Assembly: GCA_022827785.1 (NCBI GenBank)
Contig: JAJEIM010000039.1
Location: 18,315-82,314, forward strand
DNA: 64,000 bases
Origin: Acidimicrobiia bacterium
Lineage (GTDB): Bacteria; Actinomycetota; Acidimicrobiia; Spongiisociales; Spongiisociaceae
Direction of reading: 5' to 3'
Made by a program: the position numbers and the translations under genes. Positions 45,524 to 54,437 of this stretch are shown piece after piece. The first letter of the stretch is position 1; each line of letters begins with the position of its first letter. Under the pieces are notes generated by a model, which searched no databases, had not been told where the DNA came from, and saw nothing but the letters and a program-made list of their open reading frames with translations.

Positions 45524-46552
45524 GTGTCCGACCGTCCACGAGATCGATCAGGATCCGAACGCTCCCGCCGCACGTCCCGTCCCGGCCGGCCCGGCGGTAA
45601 ACCGCAGAAGGGCCGGCGCCGCGGACCGGGAGCAGGCGGCCGCTCCGGGCGGTCCGGAGGCGGGCCCTCACGACCCCGCAAGGGCGGGCCGGGCGCCAAA
45701 CCTCGCTCCGGGCGGGCATCGGGTCCGCGTCCCAAGTCCGGGCGCGGCCCGGCGCCGCGATCGAAGGGTCAAAGGTCCGCCCGGTCCGGCGCCGGTGCGC
45801 GATCCAGGGACGATCGTAAGACGCCGGGACGGGGTCGCCGGTCTGAGCAGGAGACACGGGGGCGACCGGCGGGGCGTAAGCCGCCCCACGCCGGAGCGGG
45901 CGCGCAGAACCTGCCGCGCTGGATGCGAGATGAGATCCACCGGGTAACCCGGAAGGAGCGCCGGGATGCTGCGCTGCTGCTGCTGTCGGGAGCGGTCGAT
46001 TCCTACGGCAACGATGCATTCCCGGCCGCACGCCGCAAGCTGTTGGAGGCCAAACAACTCAGTCCGCGGTCATCGACGATCCGCGAGTTGCTGGGGCTCA
46101 GTTGCTACCGGTGCCGGAATTGGGACGAAGCGCTGGCCGAGCTCCGCGCCTACCGGAGGCTGACCGGGGACACCGTCCACATGCCAGTGGAGATGGATTC
46201 TCTCCGCGCACTGGAGCGCGACCGCGACGTGGAAGTGACATGGGGCCGGTTCCTGGAGCTCGGCGGCGATCGACCCACCGAGGCCGAGGCGAGGGTCGTC
46301 TATGCGTCTTACCTGCTGGACCGGGGAAGGGCTGCGGAGGCGTGGGAAGTCGCCGGACCCGACCGTCTTCATGCCGATGCCCAACCCTACGAGCGGCGGT
46401 GCTGGTTCGTTGCCGCCCGAGCCGCCCTGGCGTTGGGGGAGGTGGATCCGGCCGCTCAGCTGGCCGAGGCGATCCGCCGAGCGGATCCGGACATGCCCGG
46501 CCTCGAGGACCTGCTCCGCCAGGTCGAGGAAGCCGGGCCAGCACGGAGCTAG
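45524..46552 (+). CDS. Hypothetical protein: ~130-aa Arg/Gly/Pro/Lys-rich disordered N-terminus plus a TPR-like helical C-terminal domain
   Basis: 342-codon ORF with a GTG start. The N-terminus holds quasi-repeats such as KPRSGR, RPKSGR and APRSKG. The C-terminal ~200 aa are helical repeat-like (WDEALAELRAYRRLTGD...AEARVVYASYLLDRGRAAEAWEV). The true start could be the internal ATG at 45923. Confidence 0.55.
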   Translation: MSDRPRDRSGSERSRRTSRPGRPGGKPQKGRRRGPGAGGRSGRSGGGPSRPRKGGPGAKPRSGRASGPRPKSGRGPAPRSKGQRSARSGAGARSRDDRKTPGRGRRSEQETRGRPAGRKPPHAGAGAQNLPRWMRDEIHRVTRKERRDAALLLLSGAVDSYGNDAFPAARRKLLEAKQLSPRSSTIRELLGLSCYRCRNWDEALAELRAYRRLTGDTVHMPVEMDSLRALERDRDVEVTWGRFLELGGDRPTEAEARVVYASYLLDRGRAAEAWEVAGPDRLHADAQPYERRCWFVAARAALALGEVDPAAQLAEAIRRADPDMPGLEDLLRQVEEAGPARS

Positions 46553-46684
46553 CCCGGATCGACCGCCACGTTGCCGGGCCACGCCCGGCATGGCCGGCGA
46601 TCAGGCACGACCCGGCTGTCCGAGTTCCGTCCGGTTCTCGATAACATCTATAAACACCTACAAAGCACGTGTAGAGATACATCA

Positions 46685-46706
46685 TGTCACACAGGCACCA
46701 TAAGTT
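46685..46706 (+). promoter_or_regulatory. RecA-NDp-type promoter motif upstream of the SSB paralogue
   Basis: aTGTCAcac-N8-TAagtT, with the TGTCACAC octamer identical to the recA copy. Its -10 ends 44 nt before the ATG at 46751. Confidence 0.6.
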
Positions 46707-46750
46707 GGTCTACCTATCGCACTTCCCCAGTGGCGAAAGGAGCCAATCTC

Positions 46751-47107
46751 ATGACCAAGAGGGACAATCAGGCCAAGACAGAGGACGCCCGGCGGCACGA
46801 CCGCAACGAGGTTGCCCTGCGAGGCGTGCTGACCACCGCACCTGAGCATCGGGTGTTCGGGTCGGGAGCATCGCTGGCCCGCCTGTTGGTGACGATCCGC
46901 CTGTCCGCTCCGAGAAGCAGGACCGACGTCATCCCGGTAACGGTCTGGGAACCGGACGCGGCCGTCATCGAGGCTGAACGCGGGACTCCCGTCGACGTGA
47001 TCGGTCAGGTGCACAGGCGCTTCTGGACTGACGCCGAGGGCCGTCACAGCCGGGTCGAGGTGGTCGCGACCGAGATCGAACTCGGGAAGATCGAGGCTAC
47101 AGCCTGA
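46751..47107 (+). CDS. Single-stranded DNA-binding (OB-fold) protein paralogue lacking the acidic C-terminal tail
   Basis: AAGGAG Shine-Dalgarno lies 8 nt upstream of the ATG. 118 aa with the SSB pattern NEVALRGVLTTAPEHRVFGSGASLARLLVTI...VIPVTVWEP...GTPVDVIGQVHRRFWTDAEGRHSRVEVVATEIE. There is no Gly/Pro-rich linker and no D-D-D-I-P-F-type tail. Confidence 0.7.
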   Translation: MTKRDNQAKTEDARRHDRNEVALRGVLTTAPEHRVFGSGASLARLLVTIRLSAPRSRTDVIPVTVWEPDAAVIEAERGTPVDVIGQVHRRFWTDAEGRHSRVEVVATEIELGKIEATA

Positions 47108-47202
47108 AACTGTCTTGCGAAGCAGGCAGCCGGGCCGCGCACGGCCACCGGGACAGTCAGGATGGATGGCGGACTATGCGCTCCATGGCGGGATAATGGA
47201 AT

Positions 47203-47970
47203 ATGCGAGCCGTTCGTCCCCGATGGATCATCTTCTCGGTTCTGGTGGCCGTCGTGTCGGTCGCCTGCGTCTGGTTGGGTTTCTGGCAGCTGAGTCGTCT
47301 AGAGGAGCGCAGGGCGTCCAACGCCGTCCTCGAGGCCAGGCTGGCGCGCCAACCCATCCCGCTCGAGGATCTGGTGGCCGCGCTCGGGCCGGCGCAGGGG
47401 ATAGAGGTCGATCCGGCCGACTACGAGCACACGAGAGTCACTGCCAAGGGAAGGTTGACCGACCGCGGCAGAGTGCTGGTCCGCTCCCAGGTCGAGCGTG
47501 GGCAGGCCGGGGTGCACGGTGTCTACGCCATGGAGTTGGACGACGGAACCGCCGTCCTGGTGAATGTCGGCTGGTTCCCGCTCGACGTCGAGATCGGCTC
47601 GATTGGCGACGCCTTCGGGGAGTCGGGGCAGGTCGACCTGACCGGCCTTGTCCGGGCCGACCAGAAGAGGCCCGCCCTGGGCCGAGCGGAACCTGCCGGC
47701 CGCCTCGACACGGTGGCGCGGATCGATATCGACCGGATCCAGCAGCAGGTTGAGTTGCCGCTCCAGCCGTTCTGGATCCAGTTGGTCGAACCGCACGACC
47801 CGGGCCGCCTTCCCATCCCTGTCCCGCTACCCGAAACCGACGAAGGATCCCACCTGTCCTATGCGGTGCAGTGGTTCTCGTTCGGCGCCGTCGCCGTTGT
47901 CGGCTATGTCGCGCTGATGCGTAGGGAGTTCAGGCCGAGCCGTCCGCGGAAGGCTCGGGCAGCGGATTAG
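47203..47970 (+). CDS. SURF1 family cytochrome oxidase biogenesis protein
   Basis: N-terminal TM plus LGFWQLSRLEERRASN (SURF1 signature), a C-terminal TM and HLSYAVQWFSFG. Confidence 0.85.
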   Translation: MRAVRPRWIIFSVLVAVVSVACVWLGFWQLSRLEERRASNAVLEARLARQPIPLEDLVAALGPAQGIEVDPADYEHTRVTAKGRLTDRGRVLVRSQVERGQAGVHGVYAMELDDGTAVLVNVGWFPLDVEIGSIGDAFGESGQVDLTGLVRADQKRPALGRAEPAGRLDTVARIDIDRIQQQVELPLQPFWIQLVEPHDPGRLPIPVPLPETDEGSHLSYAVQWFSFGAVAVVGYVALMRREFRPSRPRKARAAD

Positions 47971-48448
47971 CCAGGTCCTCGATGACGCTGACCGAGGGTA
48001 TCCGGCCGAACACCTCCGGGTCGACGGAGATCTTGGTGGAACGGTTTCCTCCGCCCACGATGATCTTGTCGAGCGACATGATCCGGGCGTCCACATAGAC
48101 CGGAAGGTTCTCAGGGAGTCCGAAGGGAGTGACCCCACCGATCTCCATACCGGTCAGCTGCATCGTCAACTCGGCGGAGGCGAAGGACAGCTTCCGTACT
48201 CCGAGGAGGCCACGCACCCGGCGGTTCACGTCGAGCCGGGTGGTGGCAGTGGCGACGCATACGGCGTTGCGTCCAGCCGGACGCTTCGAAGCCACCACGA
48301 TGGCGTTGGCCGACTGCTCCGGGGAGTAGCCGTACCGCGCGCAGAAGTCCGCCGTGTGGGTGAATGCCGGGTCGATGTCAATCACCGTGAAGTCGGCCTG
48401 AAGGGCCACCAGAGCCTCCTGTACCCGCTGAGCGATGTTGTTACCCAT
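47930..48448 (-). CDS. YbaK/EbsC-type aminoacyl-tRNA editing (deacylase) domain protein
   Basis: Start taken at the internal ATG (48448) of track ORF 47930..48586. Motifs SANAIVVASK...and MEIGGVTPFGLPENLPVYVDARI...IVGGGNRSTKI are typical of the YbaK/ProX family. Confidence 0.75.
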   Translation of the reverse strand: MGNNIAQRVQEALVALQADFTVIDIDPAFTHTADFCARYGYSPEQSANAIVVASKRPAGRNAVCVATATTRLDVNRRVRGLLGVRKLSFASAELTMQLTGMEIGGVTPFGLPENLPVYVDARIMSLDKIIVGGGNRSTKISVDPEVFGRIPSVSVIEDLANPLPEPSADGSA

Positions 48449-48524
48449 GATCCGGCTGCATGGTGGCAGGAGTGATGATCCGAGCCAACCTCGACCTGTC
48501 CGAGACGTGCGATACTCAGACCCA

Positions 48525-48728
48525 ATGGCAATCGATCCGGCGCTCGCCGAAATCCTGGTGTGCCCTCTCAGCAAGGCGTCTCTCAAGGAGGTCGACGGCG
48601 CTCTCGTCTCGACTGATCCGGAGACCAGGATGCGCTACCGGATCGAGGGCGCCATTCCGGTCATGCTGGTGGAAGAGGCCGAACGGATGCCGATGGACGA
48701 ATGGAAGGAAGCGATGGCACGTGGCTGA
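48525..48728 (+). CDS. Trm112 family (UPF0434) small protein
   Basis: 67 aa: MAIDPALAEILVCPLSKASLKEVDG...YRIEGAIPVMLVEEA, the canonical Trm112/YcaR pattern. Confidence 0.8.
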   Translation: MAIDPALAEILVCPLSKASLKEVDGALVSTDPETRMRYRIEGAIPVMLVEEAERMPMDEWKEAMARG

Positions 48729-49077
48729 TCCGCACAACGACACCGTTTTCGGGATGATTCTTCGAGGGGAGATACCTGCCGACCTCGTCTACGAGGACGA
48801 CCTTGCCATTGCGTTCCGGGACGTCGCCCCGCAAGCCGAAGTCCATGTACTGGTGATTCCGCGCCGGCACATCCGTAGCCTCGCTCACGCTGCGGAGAGC
48901 GACCATGCGCTGCTCGGCCATCTACTGAACGTGTGCGCGGCGGTTGCCGCTCAGGAGGGAGTGGCCGAGTCGGGATACCGGGTGGTCACCAATGTCGGAG
49001 GGGATGGGGGACAGTCGGTCGATCATCTCCATTTCCATGTTCTGGGCGGGCGGCGGATGGGGTGGCCCCCGGGCTGA
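48721..49077 (+). CDS. HIT (histidine triad) family nucleotide hydrolase
   Basis: The GTG at 48721 overlaps the Trm112 stop. TVFGMILRGEIPADLVYEDD and the histidine triad HLHFHVLGG. Confidence 0.88.
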   Translation: MADPHNDTVFGMILRGEIPADLVYEDDLAIAFRDVAPQAEVHVLVIPRRHIRSLAHAAESDHALLGHLLNVCAAVAAQEGVAESGYRVVTNVGGDGGQSVDHLHFHVLGGRRMGWPPG

Positions 49078-49183
49078 TCGCAGTTCCGGAGAGCCGTTCC
49101 TTCCGCGGATCGCTTGTACGAGTTAGGAAGGTCTCCTTGATACCCTCCGTCGGGCTCGCACCGGATCAGGGATAGGAGGCACG

Positions 49184-50248
49184 ATGGAGTCTGCCCGGGC
49201 CCGGCGCTGCGTGGGAGGGCGACGATCGGGTCGTCCCGCTGATCGCCTTGCTGGGGTGTTGGCCGCCGTCCTTCTCCTGTTAGCCCCAGGCTGCTCGGCC
49301 GGAAGCGAGGATCGCACGGTCGAAGTCGGCTTCTATGCCTTCTTCGAACCGGTGAGCTCATCCGCGGACGCGGATCCCGAATCGTCCGGTTTCGACACTC
49401 ACATCGGATACGAGGCCGACCTGCTCACGGCGATCGAAGCGATGGAGGGCCACGGCTTGCGGTTCAACCGGACCGCCATCTCTCAATGGACCGGCATCTG
49501 GCTGAGGCCGGCTACCGACGAGTTCGATCTTGTGGGAGGCGGTATCACCATCCTCGAAGCCCGTACCCGGGACGAGTCCGGCGACCCGGTCGTGGTGTTC
49601 ACCGACGGCCACATCGACTTCAGCCAGTCGCTCCTGGTGCGTGTCGAGGATGCGGCACGACTCCCGGATCACGATGCGTTGATGCCCACCGATGTGGTGG
49701 GAGTGCTGCCCAATACGACCGGCGAGGCCAGGTTGCTCCAGATCCTCGGAGTGGCGGACGAGGACGGGGGCTTGGCAGCGGGCACCCGGATCGATACGCC
49801 ATCCGGCTCGGTCACGGTGGAGACGGACGGTTCGCTCGTTATAAGCGCCGCCCGGGTGTCACCGGAGCTGGGACTCCGCGCCCGCCTCATCCCGGCCGAA
49901 TCGCACCGACCGCAGGTCCTCTACCTGGGAGAAGAGCCCGGAGCGGAGGTAGGGGAGGCGGAACTCCTAGCGGCATTGTCCAAGGGGACGATCGACGCGA
50001 TAGCCCGAGGCACCGCCGGCAACACGCTGGCCGCAGCCGCTTCCGACGGCGCCTTCGTGGTCACCGCCCTCGACTCCCGCCCGGAACGAGGAGGCTTCGT
50101 GGTCGGCATCGACGACACCACACTCCTCCGCCAGATCAACCAGGCCGTCTCCTGGCTCACCGACGGGGGCCGGATCGGCATGGCCGAGTGGTTGGCCGAT
50201 CCGCGGGTCTTCCTCGACCGGGCCGCTCGCTGGGATGGCGGGTCCTGA
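49184..50248 (+). CDS. Solute-binding lipoprotein, family-3 (amino-acid-type) periplasmic binding fold
   Basis: Lipobox LLLLAPGCSAG. YEADLLTAIEAMEG...DLVGGGITILEARTR resembles the SBP_bac_3 pattern. There is no adjacent permease or ATPase. Confidence 0.6.
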   Translation: MESARARRCVGGRRSGRPADRLAGVLAAVLLLLAPGCSAGSEDRTVEVGFYAFFEPVSSSADADPESSGFDTHIGYEADLLTAIEAMEGHGLRFNRTAISQWTGIWLRPATDEFDLVGGGITILEARTRDESGDPVVVFTDGHIDFSQSLLVRVEDAARLPDHDALMPTDVVGVLPNTTGEARLLQILGVADEDGGLAAGTRIDTPSGSVTVETDGSLVISAARVSPELGLRARLIPAESHRPQVLYLGEEPGAEVGEAELLAALSKGTIDAIARGTAGNTLAAAASDGAFVVTALDSRPERGGFVVGIDDTTLLRQINQAVSWLTDGGRIGMAEWLADPRVFLDRAARWDGGS

Positions 50249-50282
50249 CGGTGGATCCTGAGGGTCGGGAAGGGCATCTCGC

Positions 50283-51416
50283 GTGATCGGGCCTCCGGAT
50301 GTGGGACATTCCGCCGCGTCTCGGCGGCGCCGGCGGCGTGGGATCGCGACGCTTCTCATACCGCTGCTGGTCGCCTGCGGGTTCGGGTCCGACCAGACCG
50401 AGGATGTGCCCTCACCGGTCTGCGCGTCCGGGCAGATCGACGGCGAGGTGGTGCTGCTCAGCCGTCCCGGTCAGATGTCGCCGGAGGTCATCGACCGGTT
50501 CGAGGAGCGCTACGCGGTGGATGTCATGGAGTTGTTCTACGAGACGGACGATGAGATGCTCTCGCGCGTGACCGCAGGCGCAGACCCGGTGGATGTGGTG
50601 TTGTTGCCCCAGGACCTGGCAGCGATTCTCTGGCGCGGAGGCCAACTCCATACGCTTGACCCGATCGCATTGCCGGGTCGGGTGAACCTCGACGCCCAAC
50701 TCGCACAACCGACCTCGGATTCCGAGGGCTTCTACACGGTACCCCTCGTGTGGGGCACGGTTGGGATCGGTTTGAATGTCAACGTGGTGGCGGACGCTGC
50801 CGAGACGAGCTGGGGGCTCATCTTCGATCTCTCCCAGGCCTGGTTATACGCTGGCCGGGTCTCGCTCCTCGACGATCCCCGCCAGGTCATGGCCGCCGCC
50901 ATGTTCCACCTCGGCTACTCGCCGAACTCGATGAACCGGGACCAGGTGCGGGAAGCGGGCCGGGTGGTGGGGGAGGCGAAGGCCCACTTGTGGGGATTCG
51001 ATTCTGACGACTACGCAACCAGGTTGGCCGACGGGGGGCTCGACCTGGCACAGGGCAGATCGGATGACTTCTTAGCGGCACTCCCACCCGAGTCGGACGA
51101 TTTTCGTTACGTCCTGCCTCGGGAAGGTGCCGCGATCTGGTTGGAGTCGATGGCCGTGCCGATCACCTCCCAGCATCCTTGCAGCGCCCATTCCTTCATA
51201 GACTTCATACTGGAGCCTCGGATGGGGGCACTCGTGGCCGATCACATCGGGGAGGCGACCCCCAACATCGCATCGCTGTCGCACCTGAGGCCCGAGACCG
51301 CTGCCAACCGGACGCTCTATCCGACGCTCCGGGCCAGAGAGCGCCTGGTGCTCCTCCAATACACTGAGGAACTGGATCTCCTTTACGCGGAGGAGTTCGC
51401 TCTTCTTGTCGAATAG
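50283..51416 (+). CDS. Solute-binding lipoprotein, PotD/PotF (polyamine-type) family
   Basis: Arg-rich signal peptide and lipobox (RRRRRRGIATLLIPLLVACG). The body resembles spermidine/putrescine-binding proteins (VIDRFEERYAVDVMELFYETDDEMLSRVTAG...VDVVLLPQD). Confidence 0.65.
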   Translation: MIGPPDVGHSAASRRRRRRGIATLLIPLLVACGFGSDQTEDVPSPVCASGQIDGEVVLLSRPGQMSPEVIDRFEERYAVDVMELFYETDDEMLSRVTAGADPVDVVLLPQDLAAILWRGGQLHTLDPIALPGRVNLDAQLAQPTSDSEGFYTVPLVWGTVGIGLNVNVVADAAETSWGLIFDLSQAWLYAGRVSLLDDPRQVMAAAMFHLGYSPNSMNRDQVREAGRVVGEAKAHLWGFDSDDYATRLADGGLDLAQGRSDDFLAALPPESDDFRYVLPREGAAIWLESMAVPITSQHPCSAHSFIDFILEPRMGALVADHIGEATPNIASLSHLRPETAANRTLYPTLRARERLVLLQYTEELDLLYAEEFALLVE

Positions 51417-51474
51417 GAGGATGTGGAAGGTGGGGAGGACCGGAGCCATGCGGTGGGCGAATTAGTCTGAGCGG

Positions 51475-52182
51475 GTGGCGAGCACCGTTCCCAAGCTCCG
51501 CCCGGTTCTCAAGAATCGGGCTCCCAACCTCCGGGTGGAAAAGCGGCTCTGGGAGGTCGGACACGATGTCGTGGTCGGCGTTGACGAGGTCGGAAGGGGT
51601 GCCTGGGCAGGCCCCCTGACAGTCGGAGCAGCCGTCATCCCCAAGGACCGGCGCATTTACAAGCTACGCGACTCGAAGATGCTCACCGAGACTGAGCGGG
51701 AGGCCCTGTTCAACCGCATTGCCGGCTGGTGTGTCCGGTGGTCGGCCGGCCATGCCGACCCAGAGGAGTGTGACCGGCTGGGCATGTCGGAAGCCCAACG
51801 CCTGGCTGCTCACCGCGCGCTCGAAGGCTTGGGCCTGACACCGGACCGCATCCTGATCGATGGTCGCTGGGATTTCGTGGGTGGGTCGAGAACCATCAGG
51901 CTGGTCCGGGGGGATGCAACCTCCCTCTCCATATCTGCGGCCTCGATACTCGCCAAGGTGACGCGCGACCGGATGATGCGCCGCCTCGCTGCCCACTATC
52001 CGAACTACGGTTTCGAGAACAACAAGGGCTACCCGTGTCCCACTCACAAGGCCGCGCTGCAGGCATGGGGTCCCTCTGCCATCCACCGCCGGAGCTGGGT
52101 GTTCATGGACCATATGCCATGGACCGGGGTCCCACGCTACGTGAGACCGGACCCGCAGGGCGTACTCTTCGACTCAGGCTGA
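51475..52182 (+). CDS. rnhB: Ribonuclease HII
   Basis: VVGVDEVGRGAWAGPLTVGAAV catalytic motif, DSKMLTETERE, and ASILAKVTRDRMM. Confidence 0.9.
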   Translation: MASTVPKLRPVLKNRAPNLRVEKRLWEVGHDVVVGVDEVGRGAWAGPLTVGAAVIPKDRRIYKLRDSKMLTETEREALFNRIAGWCVRWSAGHADPEECDRLGMSEAQRLAAHRALEGLGLTPDRILIDGRWDFVGGSRTIRLVRGDATSLSISAASILAKVTRDRMMRRLAAHYPNYGFENNKGYPCPTHKAALQAWGPSAIHRRSWVFMDHMPWTGVPRYVRPDPQGVLFDSG

Positions 52183-52246
52183 AACAAAGGTTGCCGTTCA
52201 AGTAGAAGGTTGAGTAGATCGCGGAGGCCGGACTACGGTTGAAGGT

Positions 52247-53041
52247 CTAGCTCCGCAGGAAACCGGCGATGGCGTCTATCACCTGGTCGGGCTGTTCGAC
52301 CATCATGATGTGTCCGGCGCCGGCGATGGTTACCTCCTGCAGACCGGGCAGGTGTTCCCGTAGAGGCGCTGCCGCCCTGGACGGTGTCATGATGTCCAGC
52401 GAGCCGCGGATGAGAAGCGCCGGGCACCGGATCCGGCCCGCCGCTCCAGCGCCGCCGTCGTAGTCGTTACAAGCGTGGAGGTCCGAGGCTAGGACTCCGG
52501 CGGGCGACCGTTCCCACAACCGGGTGGTGCCGCCCATCATCCAGAGACCGGGTGTCTGGTGTCCGCCCAGGTGGAAGGGCTTGCCGTGACCCCAGGACGA
52601 CATCAGTTCGTAGGCCACGTGCTCTCCCTTCTCGGACGCGGCCAGCAGACTGGGGTGAACCCTGATGGCTGCTGCCCCTCCGCACATAGTGAGGGTGGTA
52701 GCGCAGCCCGGATGGCGCGCCGCAGCTTCTAGGGCGATCAGCGCCCCCATCGAATGACCCACCAGGTGGGCCCCGCCGAATCCGGCCGCCACGACCAACT
52801 CGGCCACCCAGTCGGCATAGTCTTCGATGGCGCCGAGCGCCGGACCGTCGGATGTGCCGTGACCGGGAAGGTCCACCGCCAGTACCGAGAAGCCGTGGTG
52901 CGCGAAGTAGCGAGTTTGCAGTTGCCAGGTGGTCTTGTCGAGTGCTGCTCCGTGGATGAACACGAGGAGCGGCAACCCGTGATCGAGATCCCGCCCTCCG
53001 GTGGTGGCGGAGACCCTGGCGCCCCTGACGGTCAGGTCCAT
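52247..53041 (-). CDS. Alpha/beta-fold hydrolase
   Basis: 264 aa with the HG oxyanion motif (VFIHGAALD), nucleophile elbow GHSMGALIA, and C-terminal GAGHIMMVEQP. Confidence 0.8.
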   Translation of the reverse strand: MDLTVRGARVSATTGGRDLDHGLPLLVFIHGAALDKTTWQLQTRYFAHHGFSVLAVDLPGHGTSDGPALGAIEDYADWVAELVVAAGFGGAHLVGHSMGALIALEAAARHPGCATTLTMCGGAAAIRVHPSLLAASEKGEHVAYELMSSWGHGKPFHLGGHQTPGLWMMGGTTRLWERSPAGVLASDLHACNDYDGGAGAAGRIRCPALLIRGSLDIMTPSRAAAPLREHLPGLQEVTIAGAGHIMMVEQPDQVIDAIAGFLRS

Positions 53042-53048
53042 TCCGACC

Positions 53049-54341
53049 CTACCGCTGCGAGGCCCGCAGGGCGGCGGCCAGGTCGTCCACCAGGTCGTCC
53101 GGATCCTCCAGGCCCACCGAGAGCCGGATCAGGTCCTCCCCGACCCCGACCCTGGCCAGCTGTTCGGGGCTCATGGTCGAATGTGTGGTCGAGGCAGGGT
53201 GTATCACCAGTGATTTGGCGTCCCCGACATTGGCCAGATGCGAGAAGATGCGGAGGCGCTCGATGAACCGCCGGCCGGCCTCCCGCCCGCCCTTGATGCC
53301 GAACGCCAGAATGGCGCCGCACCCATCGGGCATCAACCGGGCCGCCCGATCATGGTCGGGGTGCTCGGGCAGATCGGGATGGCTGATCCAGGCCACTTCG
53401 TCCCGGCCGGCCAGGAAGTCCAGCACCACCCGGGTGTTGGCTACGTGTCTCTGCATCCGGATCGCCAGGGTCTCGATGCCCTGGAGGATGTAGAAGGCGT
53501 TCTGCGGGGCCAGTGGCGCACCGAAGTCCCGCAAGCCTTCCACCCGTCCCCGGATGATGAAGGCCTGGGTTCCGAACTCCTCGGTGAACCTGAGGCCGTG
53601 GTAACTGGGATAGGGCTCCGTCAGCGTGGGGAACTTCCCGGAGGCCTCCCAGTCGAAACGCCCGCTGTCGACCAGCGCGCCGCCCACGGCCAGCCCGTGC
53701 CCACCGATGAACTTGGTGATGGAGTGATAGGAAAGGTCGACGCCCCAGTCGAAGGGGCGGAACAGGTAGGGCGTGGCAAAGGTGTTGTCCAGCATGAAGG
53801 GCACGCCGGCCTCGTGCGCGATGGCCGCCACCGCTTCCACGTCCATGATCTCCAGACCGGGGTTTCCGAGCGTCTCGCCGTACACCAGCCGGGTCTCGGG
53901 ACGGATAGCGTCCCGGAAGCCGTCCGTGTCCCGCGGATCGACGAACGCGGTCCGGATCCCGAAACGGGGGAGTGTGGTCGCCAGCAGGTTGTTGGATCCC
54001 CCGTACAGGGATGAGGAGGAGACGATATGGTCACCGGCGCCCATGAGGGTGGCTATGGCCAGGAAGAGGGCGGACATGCCCGAGGCGGTGGCTATCGCCC
54101 CGACGCCACCCTCGAGTGCGGCCAGCCTTTCCTCCAGGGCGGCCACGGTCGGGTTCGAAATCCGGCTGTAGATGTGGCCCTGCCGCTCCAGGTTGAACAG
54201 GCCGGCCGCATGCTCCACATCCCGGAACACGTAGGAGGTGGTTTGATAGATTGGGATCGCACGGGCGCCATGGTCGGAATCGGGATGGTGCCCGGCATGC
54301 ACGCTCAGCGTGTCGAAATTCAATAGTTTGGGATCAACCAC
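53049..54341 (-). CDS. metY: O-acetylhomoserine/O-acetylserine sulfhydrylase (PLP-dependent)
   Basis: 430 aa with FDTLSVHAGH, YSRISNPTV, the PLP-lysine region HSITKFIGGHG, and C-terminal IRLSVGLEDPDDLVDDL. Confidence 0.88.
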   Translation of the reverse strand: MVDPKLLNFDTLSVHAGHHPDSDHGARAIPIYQTTSYVFRDVEHAAGLFNLERQGHIYSRISNPTVAALEERLAALEGGVGAIATASGMSALFLAIATLMGAGDHIVSSSSLYGGSNNLLATTLPRFGIRTAFVDPRDTDGFRDAIRPETRLVYGETLGNPGLEIMDVEAVAAIAHEAGVPFMLDNTFATPYLFRPFDWGVDLSYHSITKFIGGHGLAVGGALVDSGRFDWEASGKFPTLTEPYPSYHGLRFTEEFGTQAFIIRGRVEGLRDFGAPLAPQNAFYILQGIETLAIRMQRHVANTRVVLDFLAGRDEVAWISHPDLPEHPDHDRAARLMPDGCGAILAFGIKGGREAGRRFIERLRIFSHLANVGDAKSLVIHPASTTHSTMSPEQLARVGVGEDLIRLSVGLEDPDDLVDDLAAALRASQR

Positions 54342-54437
54342 CGGCTCTCCTATCCGGGCGAACAGAGCCTAACGCTGCCGGCGCGCCGGCAGGGAAGGCG
54401 GTGGGGTGGTAACGGGCCGGAAGGCAGGAGGAGCCGC

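Noticed and set aside
45435-46031. 198-aa minus-strand ORF opposite the Arg/Gly-rich N-terminus of the TPR-like gene.
   Set aside because: The translation is Pro/Arg/Ala-rich with no recognisable features and no upstream ribosome-binding site. The plus-strand frame continues into a clearly structured helical domain.
54342-54437. Looked for a SAM/methionine riboswitch upstream of metY, and also upstream of the 57274-58425 PLP enzyme (58426-58504).
   Set aside because: The divergent intergenic regions are only about 96 and 79 bp. They lack the conserved SAM-I, SAM-II and SAM-IV core strings I can recall, and are too short for those aptamers plus an expression platform.
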